Below, piece by piece: positions 32,353-44,000 of a stretch of DNA of 64,000 nt. Under the pieces are notes generated by a model that saw nothing but the letters and a program-made list of their open reading frames with translations, searched no databases and was not told the DNA's origin. Position 1 is the stretch's first letter. Each line of letters begins with the position of its first letter. This stretch comes from Clostridia bacterium (GTDB lineage Bacteria; Bacillota; Clostridia; TANB77; CAG-508), in contig JAAVYV010000076.1 of assembly GCA_022791325.1 (NCBI GenBank), positions 26,527 through 90,526 of the forward strand. The letters are read 5' to 3'. A program made the position numbers and the translations under genes.

Positions 32353-32694
32353 CTATAAAATTTTTTTAAGAATATGATCTATTTGATTTCTAATGTCATT
32401 TTCTATAATTCTACAACCTACTTTTAATTGTAAAGCCAAAACTTCATTTGGAAAAAGATAAGATAAGTCATTTTGCTGATTTACAATTATTGACTCACGA
32501 GAGTATGAAACATATGAAGACGTTAAAAAAGAAAAATCAATAGAAAGCTTAGTATAATGTGAATCATGATCCTCAAATACCAAAAGAATAGTTTCATCAG
32601 AAGCCTTTTTTATTAAAGCGGCTACTGGTCGCCCATCATACCCAATATTATCGAATAAATATTTCCATTCTAATTCAATTTGCTTATCTAACAT
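32353..32694 (-). CDS. hypothetical protein
   Basis: 113 aa ORF on the minority strand with RBS aaggaggta upstream. No recognisable domain. Confidence 0.5.
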   Translation of the reverse strand: MLDKQIELEWKYLFDNIGYDGRPVAALIKKASDETILLVFEDHDSHYTKLSIDFSFLTSSYVSYSRESIIVNQQNDLSYLFPNEVLALQLKVGCRIIENDIRNQIDHILKKIL

Positions 32695-33158
32695 AATAAA
32701 TACCTCCTTACAATTGTATATGGATATTTTTTAAAAAAGTAACATAATTAGTATACACTAAATAAGCCTAAAAGTCAAGAAGTAAAAAATAGAAAAATGT
32801 CGAAAACTTACTTGCAAAAAAATAGAAAAATATATTGACATAAAATTATGAAGAAGATATAATAAGAATGAAAAAGGGAAATACTAGAGGTATTTTATGC
32901 TAAAATTTCCATATTGCAATATTTTTCACAAATAGGAAGTATTTAATAAAGTAACCAAGAAAGATTTTTAATCTATAAGAACTAGTTAATCTTTTATGAA
33001 ATCCATGAACAAGAAAAAACAATTGAAATATTAACAATAATACATAGAAAAAGAAATTATTAATTTATACTTTTTCGTTTATTAATTATGCAAAGAAATA
33101 TAAAAAGTAACCAAAAAGAGAGAAATAAAATATAATATCATAGGAGGCGAAAGTTTTA

Positions 33159-33512
33159 ATGGGAGAATTTATATTAAATGCTATATTATGGACACTGGCA
33201 TTATATGGAGCTTTTGAAATTATAAAAACGATAATAAATATATATACATATACAAATTTAAAATCAGATGGCATATATGTGATAATTGCTGTAAAGAATC
33301 AAGAAAATAAAATAGAAGGCTTCTTAAGGAATTTTTTATTTAGAATAATATATGGAAAAGAAGAGAGTATTAAAGATATAATAATAGCAGATTTGGATTC
33401 AACAGATGAAACTGTAGAGATACTAAATAAATTAGCAAATGATTATGAAGGGTTAAAAGTTACTAATTGGAGGGAGTGTAAGGAGGTTATAGAGAGTATT
33501 AAGAATGTGTGA
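33159..33512 (+). CDS. hypothetical membrane protein with a short GT2-like N-terminal fragment
   Basis: 117 aa. TM helix, then IIAVKNQENKIEGFLRN..DLDSTDETVEIL. The ORF ends inside a repeat copy. Confidence 0.4.
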   Translation: MGEFILNAILWTLALYGAFEIIKTIINIYTYTNLKSDGIYVIIAVKNQENKIEGFLRNFLFRIIYGKEESIKDIIIADLDSTDETVEILNKLANDYEGLKVTNWRECKEVIESIKNV

Positions 33513-33881
33513 CTTCCAATTGGGAACGTTTCCTTTTGGGGTATCTGTCACTTCTGGGGTATTTGGCACTTTTGGGAAGTTACATATAAAATTAGAAGGT
33601 TAAAAGATTATATTTAAATAGTTACACAAATGTAAATATAATACCAAAATTTTAAGTTTCGATTTTTTTCAAAATTTCTAATTGAGATGTATTTATACAA
33701 ACAATTATTTAATTAAAAATTGGAATTATTTGCAAACGCAAACAACAAATTTATTGTTTTTATTATATTCAAGAAAAAATGTACAAACTTAAAAACCAGA
33801 ATATATTGTAATTATATTTAATTTTTGATATTATTATAAAGAAGTATTTAACAAAAAAAAGATAAGAAAAGAGGACGTTTT

Positions 33882-36219
33882 TTGGAAATAACAGGAGAAG
33901 TAAAAGATATAATTTATCAAAATGAAATAAATAGCTATACAGTAGCAGAATTTGAAACTGAAAAAGAAGAAATAATAATTGTGGGTTACCTTCCATTCAT
34001 TAATGTAGGTGATACATTAAAACTTATAGGAAAAATAGTAACACATCAAGATTATGGTGAGCAGTTTAAAGTAGATACATTTGAAAAGTTAATGCCTAAA
34101 ACCTTAGGGGCATTAGAGAGGTATTTATCAAATGGTACAATAAAAGGAGTAGGTCCTGCAACAGCTAAAAAAATAGTAGATACATTTAAAGATGAAACCA
34201 TACACGTATTAAAATATGAACCAGAGAAATTATCACAAATAAAAGGTATAAATAACGAAAAAGCATTAGCAATTTCAGAATCATTTATAGAAAACTGGGA
34301 AGTATGGCAAATAGTAGGATATTTAGAAAAATTTGGAATAGGTATTCAAAATGCAAAAAATGTATATAAAAAATTAGGGGCGAATGCAATAGACGAAATA
34401 GAAAGCAACCCCTATATATTAATAGATGTAGCAAATAATGTAGACTTTAAAAAAATAGATAAAATGGCAATAGATATAGGTCTTCCATATAATAATGATA
34501 AAAGAATAAAAAGTGGAATTAAATATGCCTTAATGTGTGCAACTTTAAATGGTCATTGTGCAGTACTAGAAGAAAACTTAATAACATTTTGTGAAGAACT
34601 TTTATCTGTTACAGAAGAAGAAATACGAGAAAATTTAATAGAACTAAAAATAAAGGAAGAAATTATAGTAGAAACTAGAAGTGAATATAGTAAAGCAAGG
34701 GAAAATGAAGAGGATATAAAGCAAAATAAAGAAGAAAAAAATGAGGTTACAGAGGAAAGAATAAAGAAAGTAGGAAATATAAAAGTAATAGAAGAGACAA
34801 AATGGGTATATTTAGTAGCATTTTATAAAGCAGAAGAAAATATAGCAAACAGAATAAATATGCTAAAAAGGTCACCAAATATTAAGAGAATAAAAAATAT
34901 AAAGCAAGAGTTAAAAAAATTAGAAAATACTTCAGAAATAGAATTATCAGAAAAACAAAAAGAAGCAATAGAAGCTATAAATGATAATAATGTATGTATA
35001 ATAACAGGAGGACCAGGGACAGGAAAAACTACTATAATAAAAACAATAATAGAAATATTTAAAAATCAAGGAAAAAAGCCAGTACTTTGTGCACCAACAG
35101 GAAGAGCTGCTAAAAGGATGACAGAAACTACAGGAGAAGAAGCAAAAACACTACATAGATTATTAGAAATAGGAAAAACGGAAGAAGAAGGAAGCTATAA
35201 AAATGTAGATTATGAAATAGCACCATTAGATGCAGATATAGTTATAGTCGATGAGGTTTCAATGGTAGATTTATTTTTAATGAATTCATTAGTAAAAGCA
35301 TTATATCAAGGAACAAAACTAGTATTAGTAGGAGATATAGATCAGCTTCCATCAGTAGGTCCAGGAAGTATATTAAAAGATTTAATAAGTTCAGGCCAAG
35401 TTACAACAATAGTATTGAACAAAATTTTTAGACAAGCTGCTAAAAGTAAAATAATATTAAATGCTCATAGAGTAAATGAAGGAGAAATTTTCTTGACTAA
35501 AGAACAAATAGAGGAGCAAAATTTAAGACAACTAAATGAAGATTTTTTCTACATAAAAGAACAAAGTCAAGAGACAATATTGCGTAATGTGATTTCACTT
35601 TGTAAAGAAAGACTTAAAAATTATGGAGATTATGATTTTTTCAAAAATATACAAGTAATAACACCAACTAAAAAAGGTATGCTTGGTACAAAGGAACTAA
35701 ACAAAATTTTACAAAAGAACTTAAACCCAGAAAATGAATATTTAGCTCAAAAACAAGTAGGAGATAATATATACAGAGAAAATGACAGGGTAATGCAAAT
35801 AAAAAATAATTACGATATATTTTGGGAAAAGTTAGAGCCAAAATATGAAAGTGGAATGGGAGTATTTAATGGGGAATTAGGAACAATAATAAAAATAAAT
35901 GAACAAGATAAAACACTTACAATAAAATTTGATGATGAAAAGCAAGCAGATTATATGTTTCAAGACTTAGACCAAATAGAACATGCATATAGTATAACAG
36001 TACATAAATCACAACGGAAGTGAATTTGACGTAGTAATAATGGTAGTACCACAAGCTTCAACAATGCTACTTACAAGAAACCTTTTATACACGGGAATGA
36101 CAAGGGCAAAAAAAATGCTAATAGTAATAGGAGGAGCAAATATTATTGGCTTTATGATTAACAATGCTGATACAAAGAAAAGGAATACTGGGCTGGAGTA
36201 TAAGCTAAGAAGCTTATAG
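33882..36219 (+). CDS. recD2: ATP-dependent RecD2-like DNA helicase; needs one +1 shift at CGG
   Basis: TTG start after RBS aaaagagga. Motifs: ITGGPGTGKTT, VIVDEVSMVD. CGG 36015 (caa c gga agt) joins to give ITVHKSQ-GSEFDVVIMVV..LLYTGMTRAKK, which are helicase motifs V/VI. Confidence 0.85.
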
Positions 36220-36406
36220 TGAATAATGAAGAGTGAATGATGAATAATTTTACACATGGGGAACTGTGCCTTTTTCTAAAAGATTTAGAAAATTATACAA
36301 ATTTTTAAAATAAATATTGACTTATAAGTTAAATTATATTATTATAATTATACAATCAAAAGAGAAAAATTATAAATAATATTTTTTAGAAAAGGAGGCC
36401 AGTAAA

Positions 36407-36845
36407 ATGGAAGAAAAAATTTTGAAACAAATATTAGATGTAGTAACAGATATAAAAGCAGACCAAAAAATAATGAAAAATAAAATAAGTACAATGGAAA
36501 CGAAAATGGATAGTATGGAAACAAAAATGGATACAATGGAAACGAAAATGGATACAATGGAAACAAAAATGGATACTATGGATGTAAAAGTAGATAAATT
36601 GTCAACAGAACAAATAATAATGAAGGAAGAAATAAGAGATATAAAAACAGAAATAAAATTATTAAGCTTTAAAGTAACGACATTAATGAAAGAACAAGAA
36701 GGTACTAAGTTTGCAGTAGGTGCATGCGTGCAAAAAATTCGGTGAAGTTAGTGATAAATTAGATAGACACCTAAGAGAAAGTGGTATTGAGGTTATTTCT
36801 AAACCAGCACTACAATTACTAACTAAAAATGAAGAACAAAATTAA
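36407..36845 (+). CDS. coiled-coil protein with METKMD(T/S) heptad repeats; probable +1 shift at CGG
   Basis: ORF 36407..36745 stops 1 codon after CGG 36740 (att c ggt gaa). The +1 frame stays open for 34 more codons, to 36845. There is no homology support for the extension. Confidence 0.5.
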
Positions 36846-36886
36846 AAAATATAAATAGGGGCAAAAAAAGAAAGGATTTATTAACC

Positions 36887-37549
36887 ATGGAATCTTTAAA
36901 AAAAGCCTCTATTTTTTTATTACAAATTTTATACCCAAAACAATGTCTAATATGTGGAAAGCTAGAACAAGATACAATATGTAGCAAATGCTATAATACA
37001 CTAAAAATAGAAGCAAAGGTAGAAAAGTATAACAATAAAGCCTTTAATAAACATCTATATATTTTTAAATATGAAGGAAAAATGAGAAACTTAATAATAG
37101 ACTATAAATTTAACGATAAACCATACCTAAATGAACTCTTTGCAAAAATTATATTAAAAAACGAAAAAATATGTAGAAAAATAAAAAAATATGATATAAT
37201 CGTACCAGTGCCAATTCATAAAAAAAGAAAAAATGAAAGAGGATACAATCAAAGTGAACTAATTGCAAGAAAATTAGCGAAAAACTTAAATTTAGAACTT
37301 GTAAACGACAGCTTAATAAAGCAAAAAAATACATTGCCACAAAGTACTCTATCAAAAAAGCAAAGAGAAGAAAACGCAAAACAAGTATATAAAATACAAA
37401 ATAAACCAAAAATAGAAAATAAAAAAGTAATATTATTAGATGATATATATACAACAGGAGCTACAACAAAAGAATGCTCAAAAGTACTAAAACAAAATGG
37501 AGCAAAAGAAATATTGGTATTAACAATAGCAAAAGATATAATAAATTAG
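36887..37549 (+). CDS. comFC: ComF family protein (phosphoribosyltransferase-like)
   Basis: N-terminal Cys pairs (CLICG..CSKC), VPVPIHKKRKNERGYNQSELIA and the PRTase motif ILLDDIYTTGAT. Confidence 0.88.
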   Translation: MESLKKASIFLLQILYPKQCLICGKLEQDTICSKCYNTLKIEAKVEKYNNKAFNKHLYIFKYEGKMRNLIIDYKFNDKPYLNELFAKIILKNEKICRKIKKYDIIVPVPIHKKRKNERGYNQSELIARKLAKNLNLELVNDSLIKQKNTLPQSTLSKKQREENAKQVYKIQNKPKIENKKVILLDDIYTTGATTKECSKVLKQNGAKEILVLTIAKDIIN

Positions 37550-37649
37550 AGGTTAGAAGTTGTAAATTGTAGGGGTGGCCGAAGGTGGCTACCTAAGCTT
37601 CGAAGAATTTACCTAAAAATAGTTCAACCTATATAAAGGAGGAAAAAAC

Positions 37650-39590
37650 ATGGAAGACTTAGTAGAAAGCATATTAGACTACATTAGAGCAGACTATACC
37701 GATTATGCCATAATGATAAATGGCGAATGGGGAAGTGGAAAGACATATTTTTGGAATCATAAAATAAGAAACAAAATAGAAAGTATGGAACTAAATGGGA
37801 AAAGATATAAAACAATATATATGTCATTATATGGAATATCAAACTTAGAAGAAATAAGCAAAAAGATATTTATAGAAACTACACAACTAATGGATAAAAA
37901 CCTAAAAAAATATATGGATAATAATAGTCAAATATCTATACCAGAATATGCAAAAACAGGGTTAGATATGGCAAATTTCTTTGGAGTTACACAAAATGGT
38001 GACAAAATAGACTATAAGGAATTTTTCTCAACAGATGATAAAGTACTATGTTTTGACGACTTAGAAAGAGCAAATGTAGATGTAATAGATATATTAGGAT
38101 ATATAAATAACTTTGTTGAACATGACCATATAAAAACAATAATAATATGTAATGAAAAAGAACTATCAACAAAACTAAAAAATAGCAACCTAGAAATGAA
38201 AACATTTATAGCAACATATTTATTAGATAAAGAAGGAAACCTAATAAAGAAAACAGATAAGCCAATGGTAGAGAGGATACAAGATACCATAGAATACGTA
38301 TTTGATAAAGCAAATGACTATGAAAGAATAAAAGAAAAGCTAATAGGTGAAACATTTGAATATGCACCAGAATTTAATTACATTATAAATGGAATATTAA
38401 TGCGTTATGAAAAATATCCAGAATTAATAAGGTTTTTAAGAGAAAATACCAACTTAATAATATCAACATTTAATAAAAGTGGAACAAGAAACTTAAGGAT
38501 ATTAAAACATGCATTAAATGACTTCAAGAAAATATTTGATATGGTAAATAAATCATATCCAAATACAAACCATAGAATAATGCAAACAATGTTAATATTC
38601 ACAATAGCAATATCATTTGAAATAAAAGCAGGAAAAGTAACAAAAGATAAATTCATAAACATAGGAAGTAATGAAGAATATAAAGCAATATTAGTATCAT
38701 CAAGAGTATTTATGGACAATAGGCAATTTTATATAAAAGAATTTGACAATAACTATTATTATAATTTTAAAGCAGAATATCGTTTTTTCAAATTTATAGA
38801 AATATATGTACGTACACGTATATTTAACATGAAAGTATTTAAAGAAAATATGGAAGTAATAATAAACACAATAGATACAGATAAATTACCAGGCTATAAG
38901 AGATTACTTACAGAAGAATATTGGAAAATTCCAGATGATCAATTTGATAAAATAATAGAGGAAATAATAGAAGATGTGAAAAACGGAAAAATTAAGCCAA
39001 TAGAAATAGTAAAACTATTTGCATATTTTAGTTATTTCATAAAAAAGAATTTAATAAATTATGATGTAAAAACGATAAAAAGTATATTTATAAATGGATT
39101 AAATATATCTTCATTAAATGCAACATACTGCCCAAATGTAGAAGAGGAGCTAGAGGCGATAGCAGTAAAAGGTGTAAATCAAGAAATGGAAGAAATGCTG
39201 AAATATTTTGAAAATGTAAACGATTCTTTAAAAGACAAAATGTATATAGAAAAGGCAGAAGAACTATTTAAATATATGCCAATGAAAATGGAATTATTTT
39301 ATGATAAATTTGCAAAAGAATGTATGAAAGTGCCAATATTTAAATATTATGATGTATTCCAAATGTTCCAAAGAATATCATGTGCAAGTAATGAAGATAT
39401 AGTGACAATAAAAGAGATGCTAGAAGAAAGAGCAAAAAAATACACGAAACAAATAGAGCCAGAAATAAAGAATATGAGAAGGCTAAAACAAGTAATAGAT
39501 GACTATATAGATGGAAAAGAGACTACTATAAAAATAGTAATGTTAGAAGACTTTTCAAAAGGGCTAGAAAATATATTAAAGTTATATTAG
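37650..39590 (+). CDS. KAP family P-loop NTPase
   Basis: 646 aa. It has the N-terminal Walker A GEWGSGKTYFW, and the CFDDLER Walker B region is separated by an insert, as in KAP NTPases. Confidence 0.75.
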   Translation: MEDLVESILDYIRADYTDYAIMINGEWGSGKTYFWNHKIRNKIESMELNGKRYKTIYMSLYGISNLEEISKKIFIETTQLMDKNLKKYMDNNSQISIPEYAKTGLDMANFFGVTQNGDKIDYKEFFSTDDKVLCFDDLERANVDVIDILGYINNFVEHDHIKTIIICNEKELSTKLKNSNLEMKTFIATYLLDKEGNLIKKTDKPMVERIQDTIEYVFDKANDYERIKEKLIGETFEYAPEFNYIINGILMRYEKYPELIRFLRENTNLIISTFNKSGTRNLRILKHALNDFKKIFDMVNKSYPNTNHRIMQTMLIFTIAISFEIKAGKVTKDKFINIGSNEEYKAILVSSRVFMDNRQFYIKEFDNNYYYNFKAEYRFFKFIEIYVRTRIFNMKVFKENMEVIINTIDTDKLPGYKRLLTEEYWKIPDDQFDKIIEEIIEDVKNGKIKPIEIVKLFAYFSYFIKKNLINYDVKTIKSIFINGLNISSLNATYCPNVEEELEAIAVKGVNQEMEEMLKYFENVNDSLKDKMYIEKAEELFKYMPMKMELFYDKFAKECMKVPIFKYYDVFQMFQRISCASNEDIVTIKEMLEERAKKYTKQIEPEIKNMRRLKQVIDDYIDGKETTIKIVMLEDFSKGLENILKLY

Positions 39591-39747
39591 ACACATTAGG
39601 GACGTTTCCTAATGCGTCATTTTTATAGACATATGACATAATAGGAAACGTTTCTAATGTGTCAAAAATTTACTAAAACCTCTTGACATTTACATAAAAA
39701 AACAATATTATATACAAAGTAACAAATAAAAGCAAAAAAGGAGAAAA

Positions 39748-40620
39748 ATGTCTATGCATACACAAATATTAACTTCAAAATTTGGTGCAGAACTAATAAG
39801 TTTTAAGCTAGATGGAGAAGAAAGATTACACCAAGGAGAAGAAGTAATAGATAAAAATGGAAAAGTAATTTGGAAAAGGAGGTTTCCAGTATTATTTCCA
39901 ACAGTAGGAAAATGTAAAAAAAATCAAACAATAATGAACAGTAAAACATATGAAGTAGCCAAAAACGGTTTTGCACAAGACTGTGAATTTGAACCAATAA
40001 CAAAGTTAGATAACTTCCATTCATATGTACTTAGAAGTAATGAAAAAAGTTTAGAAAAATATCCATATAAATTTTCTTTATATGTAACATATAGGCTAGA
40101 TGCAAACAAATTAACAGTAATTTATAAAGTAATAAACGAAGACGAAGTAGACATGCCATTTGGAATTGGTTCTTTGCCAGCAATAAAAATAGATTATGAA
40201 CAACTAAAAAACAATAATTATTATTTAGAATTTGAAGAAGACGAGAACAAAATACACTTTTTATATTTAATAGATGGATTAGTAGGAACAGAATATGCAA
40301 GAAATATTATGTCTGATAAAAGAAAAATAAATTTAGATGCAGATATATTTAATAATGATGCTATAATAATGAAAGGGTTAAAATCAAAAAAAGTAGCTTT
40401 GAAAAGGAAAGACAAGGGAAAAGTAATGGAGCTAGATTATACAGGTTTTCCATATTTAACAGTATGGTCAAAACCAAATGCACCGTTTATATGTATTACA
40501 CCATGGATGAGTCTGCCAGATACAGTTAAAGGAACAGGAGTATTTAGGCAAAAGTCAGATATAATAATACTTGCACCAAAGGGAGAATTTGAGTGTAAAT
40601 ATACGATAACATTTTATTAG
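39748..40620 (+). CDS. aldose 1-epimerase family protein (LacX-like)
   Basis: 290 aa. Length and motifs (FPVLFPTVG, HGFA-like NGFAQD, PWMSLPD) fit the galactose mutarotase-like fold. Confidence 0.7.
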   Translation: MSMHTQILTSKFGAELISFKLDGEERLHQGEEVIDKNGKVIWKRRFPVLFPTVGKCKKNQTIMNSKTYEVAKNGFAQDCEFEPITKLDNFHSYVLRSNEKSLEKYPYKFSLYVTYRLDANKLTVIYKVINEDEVDMPFGIGSLPAIKIDYEQLKNNNYYLEFEEDENKIHFLYLIDGLVGTEYARNIMSDKRKINLDADIFNNDAIIMKGLKSKKVALKRKDKGKVMELDYTGFPYLTVWSKPNAPFICITPWMSLPDTVKGTGVFRQKSDIIILAPKGEFECKYTITFY

Positions 40621-40790
40621 TCATATTCTAGTTGTAACTCTTGTTTACTTCGTTACAAATAAGTTATCTGTAAAGTCATTTCATTCTTAATGGCTAACTT
40701 AAGTTTCGTTTCGAGCGACTGTAAAATGCTAATGGGAAGTAATGTCACTTTTGAGAATGTACATAACTAAAAAGGAGAAAAAAATTAAAA

Positions 40791-40985
40791 ATGGAAATAT
40801 TAAAATTGATAATACAAATAGTATCATTAGTAGTTATAAACATAGGAGTAGTAATGATATATGATGCAAGAAAAATAAGCAAAAAATGGTTTAGCTTTGG
40901 AGATAGAAATTCATCAGTAAAGACACTAAAAATAATAGGATTTATTATAGCTATAATAGGAAGTTTAATTATAATATTAAATTAG
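40791..40985 (+). CDS. small two-helix membrane protein
   Basis: 64 aa. RBS aaaggag lies upstream. Two hydrophobic segments. Confidence 0.4.
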   Translation: MEILKLIIQIVSLVVINIGVVMIYDARKISKKWFSFGDRNSSVKTLKIIGFIIAIIGSLIIILN

Positions 40986-41044
40986 AGGTTAGAAGTTGGA
41001 AGTTTGGAAATCTTTCCAAACTTCCAATAAGGAGGAAACAAAAG

Positions 41045-44000
41045 ATGCCTAAAGTAACATGGACAAAAGAACAACAAAGTGCAATATATGAAAAATGTTC
41101 AAATATATTAGTAGCAGCCGCAGCAGGAAGCGGGAAAACAGCTGTATTAGTAGAACGTATTATAAATAAAATAGTAAATGAAAATGTAGATATTGATAAA
41201 TTACTAGTAGTAACCTTTACAAATGCAGCAGCAAGTGAAATGAGAGAGAGAATATTAGATGCAATATATAAAAAAATAGAGGAAAACCCACAAGACGTAA
41301 GGCTTCAAAAGCAAATAAACCTTTTAAATAAAGCAAGTATATGTACAATACACTCATTTTGCTTAGAAGTAATTAGAAATTATTTTTATGAGCTAGACCT
41401 ATCAGCAAACTTTAGAATAGCAGATTCAGCAGAAATAGAGCTCCTAAAGCAAGATGTGCTAGAAGAACTATTTGAAGAAAAATACTATGAAAATGATGAA
41501 GAATTTATAACATTAATAAATACATACACAAGTTATAGAGGTGATGAGCCATTAAAAGAACTAGTGCTAAAAATATACGAATATATTCAAAGTGCACCAT
41601 TTCCTAAAGAGTGGTTAAAAGAAAAAATAGAAATGTTTAACTTAAAAAATGAACTAAAAAAAATTTTTGACTATGCACAAACAATATGGGGAGAAATATT
41701 ATTAGAAGAATACAAAGATAAAATAATAGAAAATAGGCTAAAATTAGAAGGTATAAAGGATAAATTAACAAGGTTTACTGAATTAGAAAAATTTACATGT
41801 GCAATAGTAAATGATATAGAAGCATTAAAAGAGATAGAAGAAGCAATAACAAAAACTAAAGAAAACATATGGGATACTATATATATAAAAGCAAATGAAC
41901 TAAAATTTGGCAAGTGGCCAACTGATAGAAAATGTACAATAGACTTAAAAAATGAAGCCAAAGAAGTGAGAGACAAGGTAAAAAAAGATATAGAAGGAAT
42001 CCATAAAAAAATATTTGTATATGACTCAGAAAACGCAGCTAAAGACATATATGAAATGTATGATAGTTTAAAAAGAATAGAAAATATAGTAAATGAATTC
42101 GAAGCAAAATTCTCACAAAAAAAGAAAGAAAAAAACATAATAGACTTTCATGACATAGAACATTTTGCACTTAAAATACTAGTAAAACAAAATGAAAATA
42201 AAGAATATGTTCCATCAGAAGTAGCAAAAAAAATTATGGAAAAATATATAGAAATAGCAATAGATGAATATCAAGACAGTAACCTAGTACAAGAATATAT
42301 TTTAAAAGTAGTATCAAGACAAAATAATACATTTATGGTAGGAGACGTAAAACAAAGCATATATAAATTCAGACAAGCAAGACCAGAACTATTTTTAGAA
42401 AAATATGAAGAATACAAATTAGTAGGAGAAACTAATGAAAACAATACAGGAGAAAAAATAAAACTATTCAAAAACTTTAGAAGTAGAGAAAATATATTAA
42501 AAATAACTAATTTAATATTTGACCAAATAATGAGCAAAAAACTAGGGGACATAGATTACACAAAAGAAGAATATCTAAACTTAGGAGCAAACTATGAAAA
42601 TCCACCAGAAAGTTCAAATTTTGCAGGAAAAGCCGAATTACACATAATAGATATGGCAAAACGGAGATGAGAGGTTGGAAATTGAAAGTTGGAAGTTGGA
42701 AAATTCTCAAGAAATAGATGAAGAAGAAAACCAAGAAGAACCAATAGAAAATACCTTAATAGAAGCGAAATTTGTAGCAAACAAAATACAAGAGCTAATA
42801 AATAGTGATTATATAGTATATGACAAAAAGAACGGCTACCGAAAAATAACATATAAAGATATAGTAATTTTATTAAGGACAACCTCTAATATAGCACCAA
42901 TATATGAAAAAGAATTATCAGAACTAAATATACCAGTTTTTAGCGATAGTTCAAGTAAGTCACTAGAGCAAGTAGAAATACAAACAATAATGAGTGTTCT
43001 TAAAATAATAAACAATCCACTTCAAGATATACCGTTAATAACAGTACTAAGGTCTAGTATAGCAAACTTCACAGACAATGACCTAGTACAAATTCGTTTA
43101 GCAGATAAAAATGAAAGTTTTTATAATGCAATGTTAAAAGCAAGAGTAAGTGTAGGAAATGAATTAAGAAAAAAAATAACAAACTTTATAAACATGCTGG
43201 AAAAGTGGAAAAGCATGGAAGAATATAATACATTAGATGAACTAATATGGCAAATATATGAAGATAGTAATTACTACAATTATGTAGGTTTATTAAATAA
43301 TGGAAAATTAAGACAAGCAAACCTAAAAATGTTATTTGAAAAAGCAAGGCAATATGAACAGGCAAGTTTTAAAGGTCTATATAATTTTATAAACTTTATA
43401 GATAAAATAAATACAAACAATAAAGATATGGGAACTGCAAAAATAATTGGAGAAAATGAAAATGTGGTTAGAATAATGAGTATCCATAAAAGTAAAGGTC
43501 TAGAATTTCCCGTGGTATTTTTAAGTGGTACATCAAAAAAATTTAATCAAAGAGATTTAAACGACAATATTTTAATGCACCAAGACCTAGGATTTGGACC
43601 TAAATATATAAACTATGAAAGAAGAATAGAATATAATACACTAGCAAAAGAGGCACTAAAAATAAAATTAAAAACTGAAAGTTTATCAGAAGAAATGAGA
43701 ATACTATATGTTGCATTAACAAGAGCAAAAGAAAAACTATATATAACAGGAATAGAAAAGGACTTTGAAAAAAGTATAAAAGAAAAAGAAGGGCTAATAC
43801 AAATATACAATGGAGATAAACTAAATAGAAATTTGATAAAAAAATATAAATCATACTTAGACTGGATAGAACTAGTAAACTTAAACTGTAAAGAAGAAAT
43901 AAAAGATTTATTACAAATATATGAACATAGTTATAAAGAGTTTATTAGTAATGAAAAAGAAGAGGAAGAACAAATTGATTTAGTAGAACTACTAAAGGCG

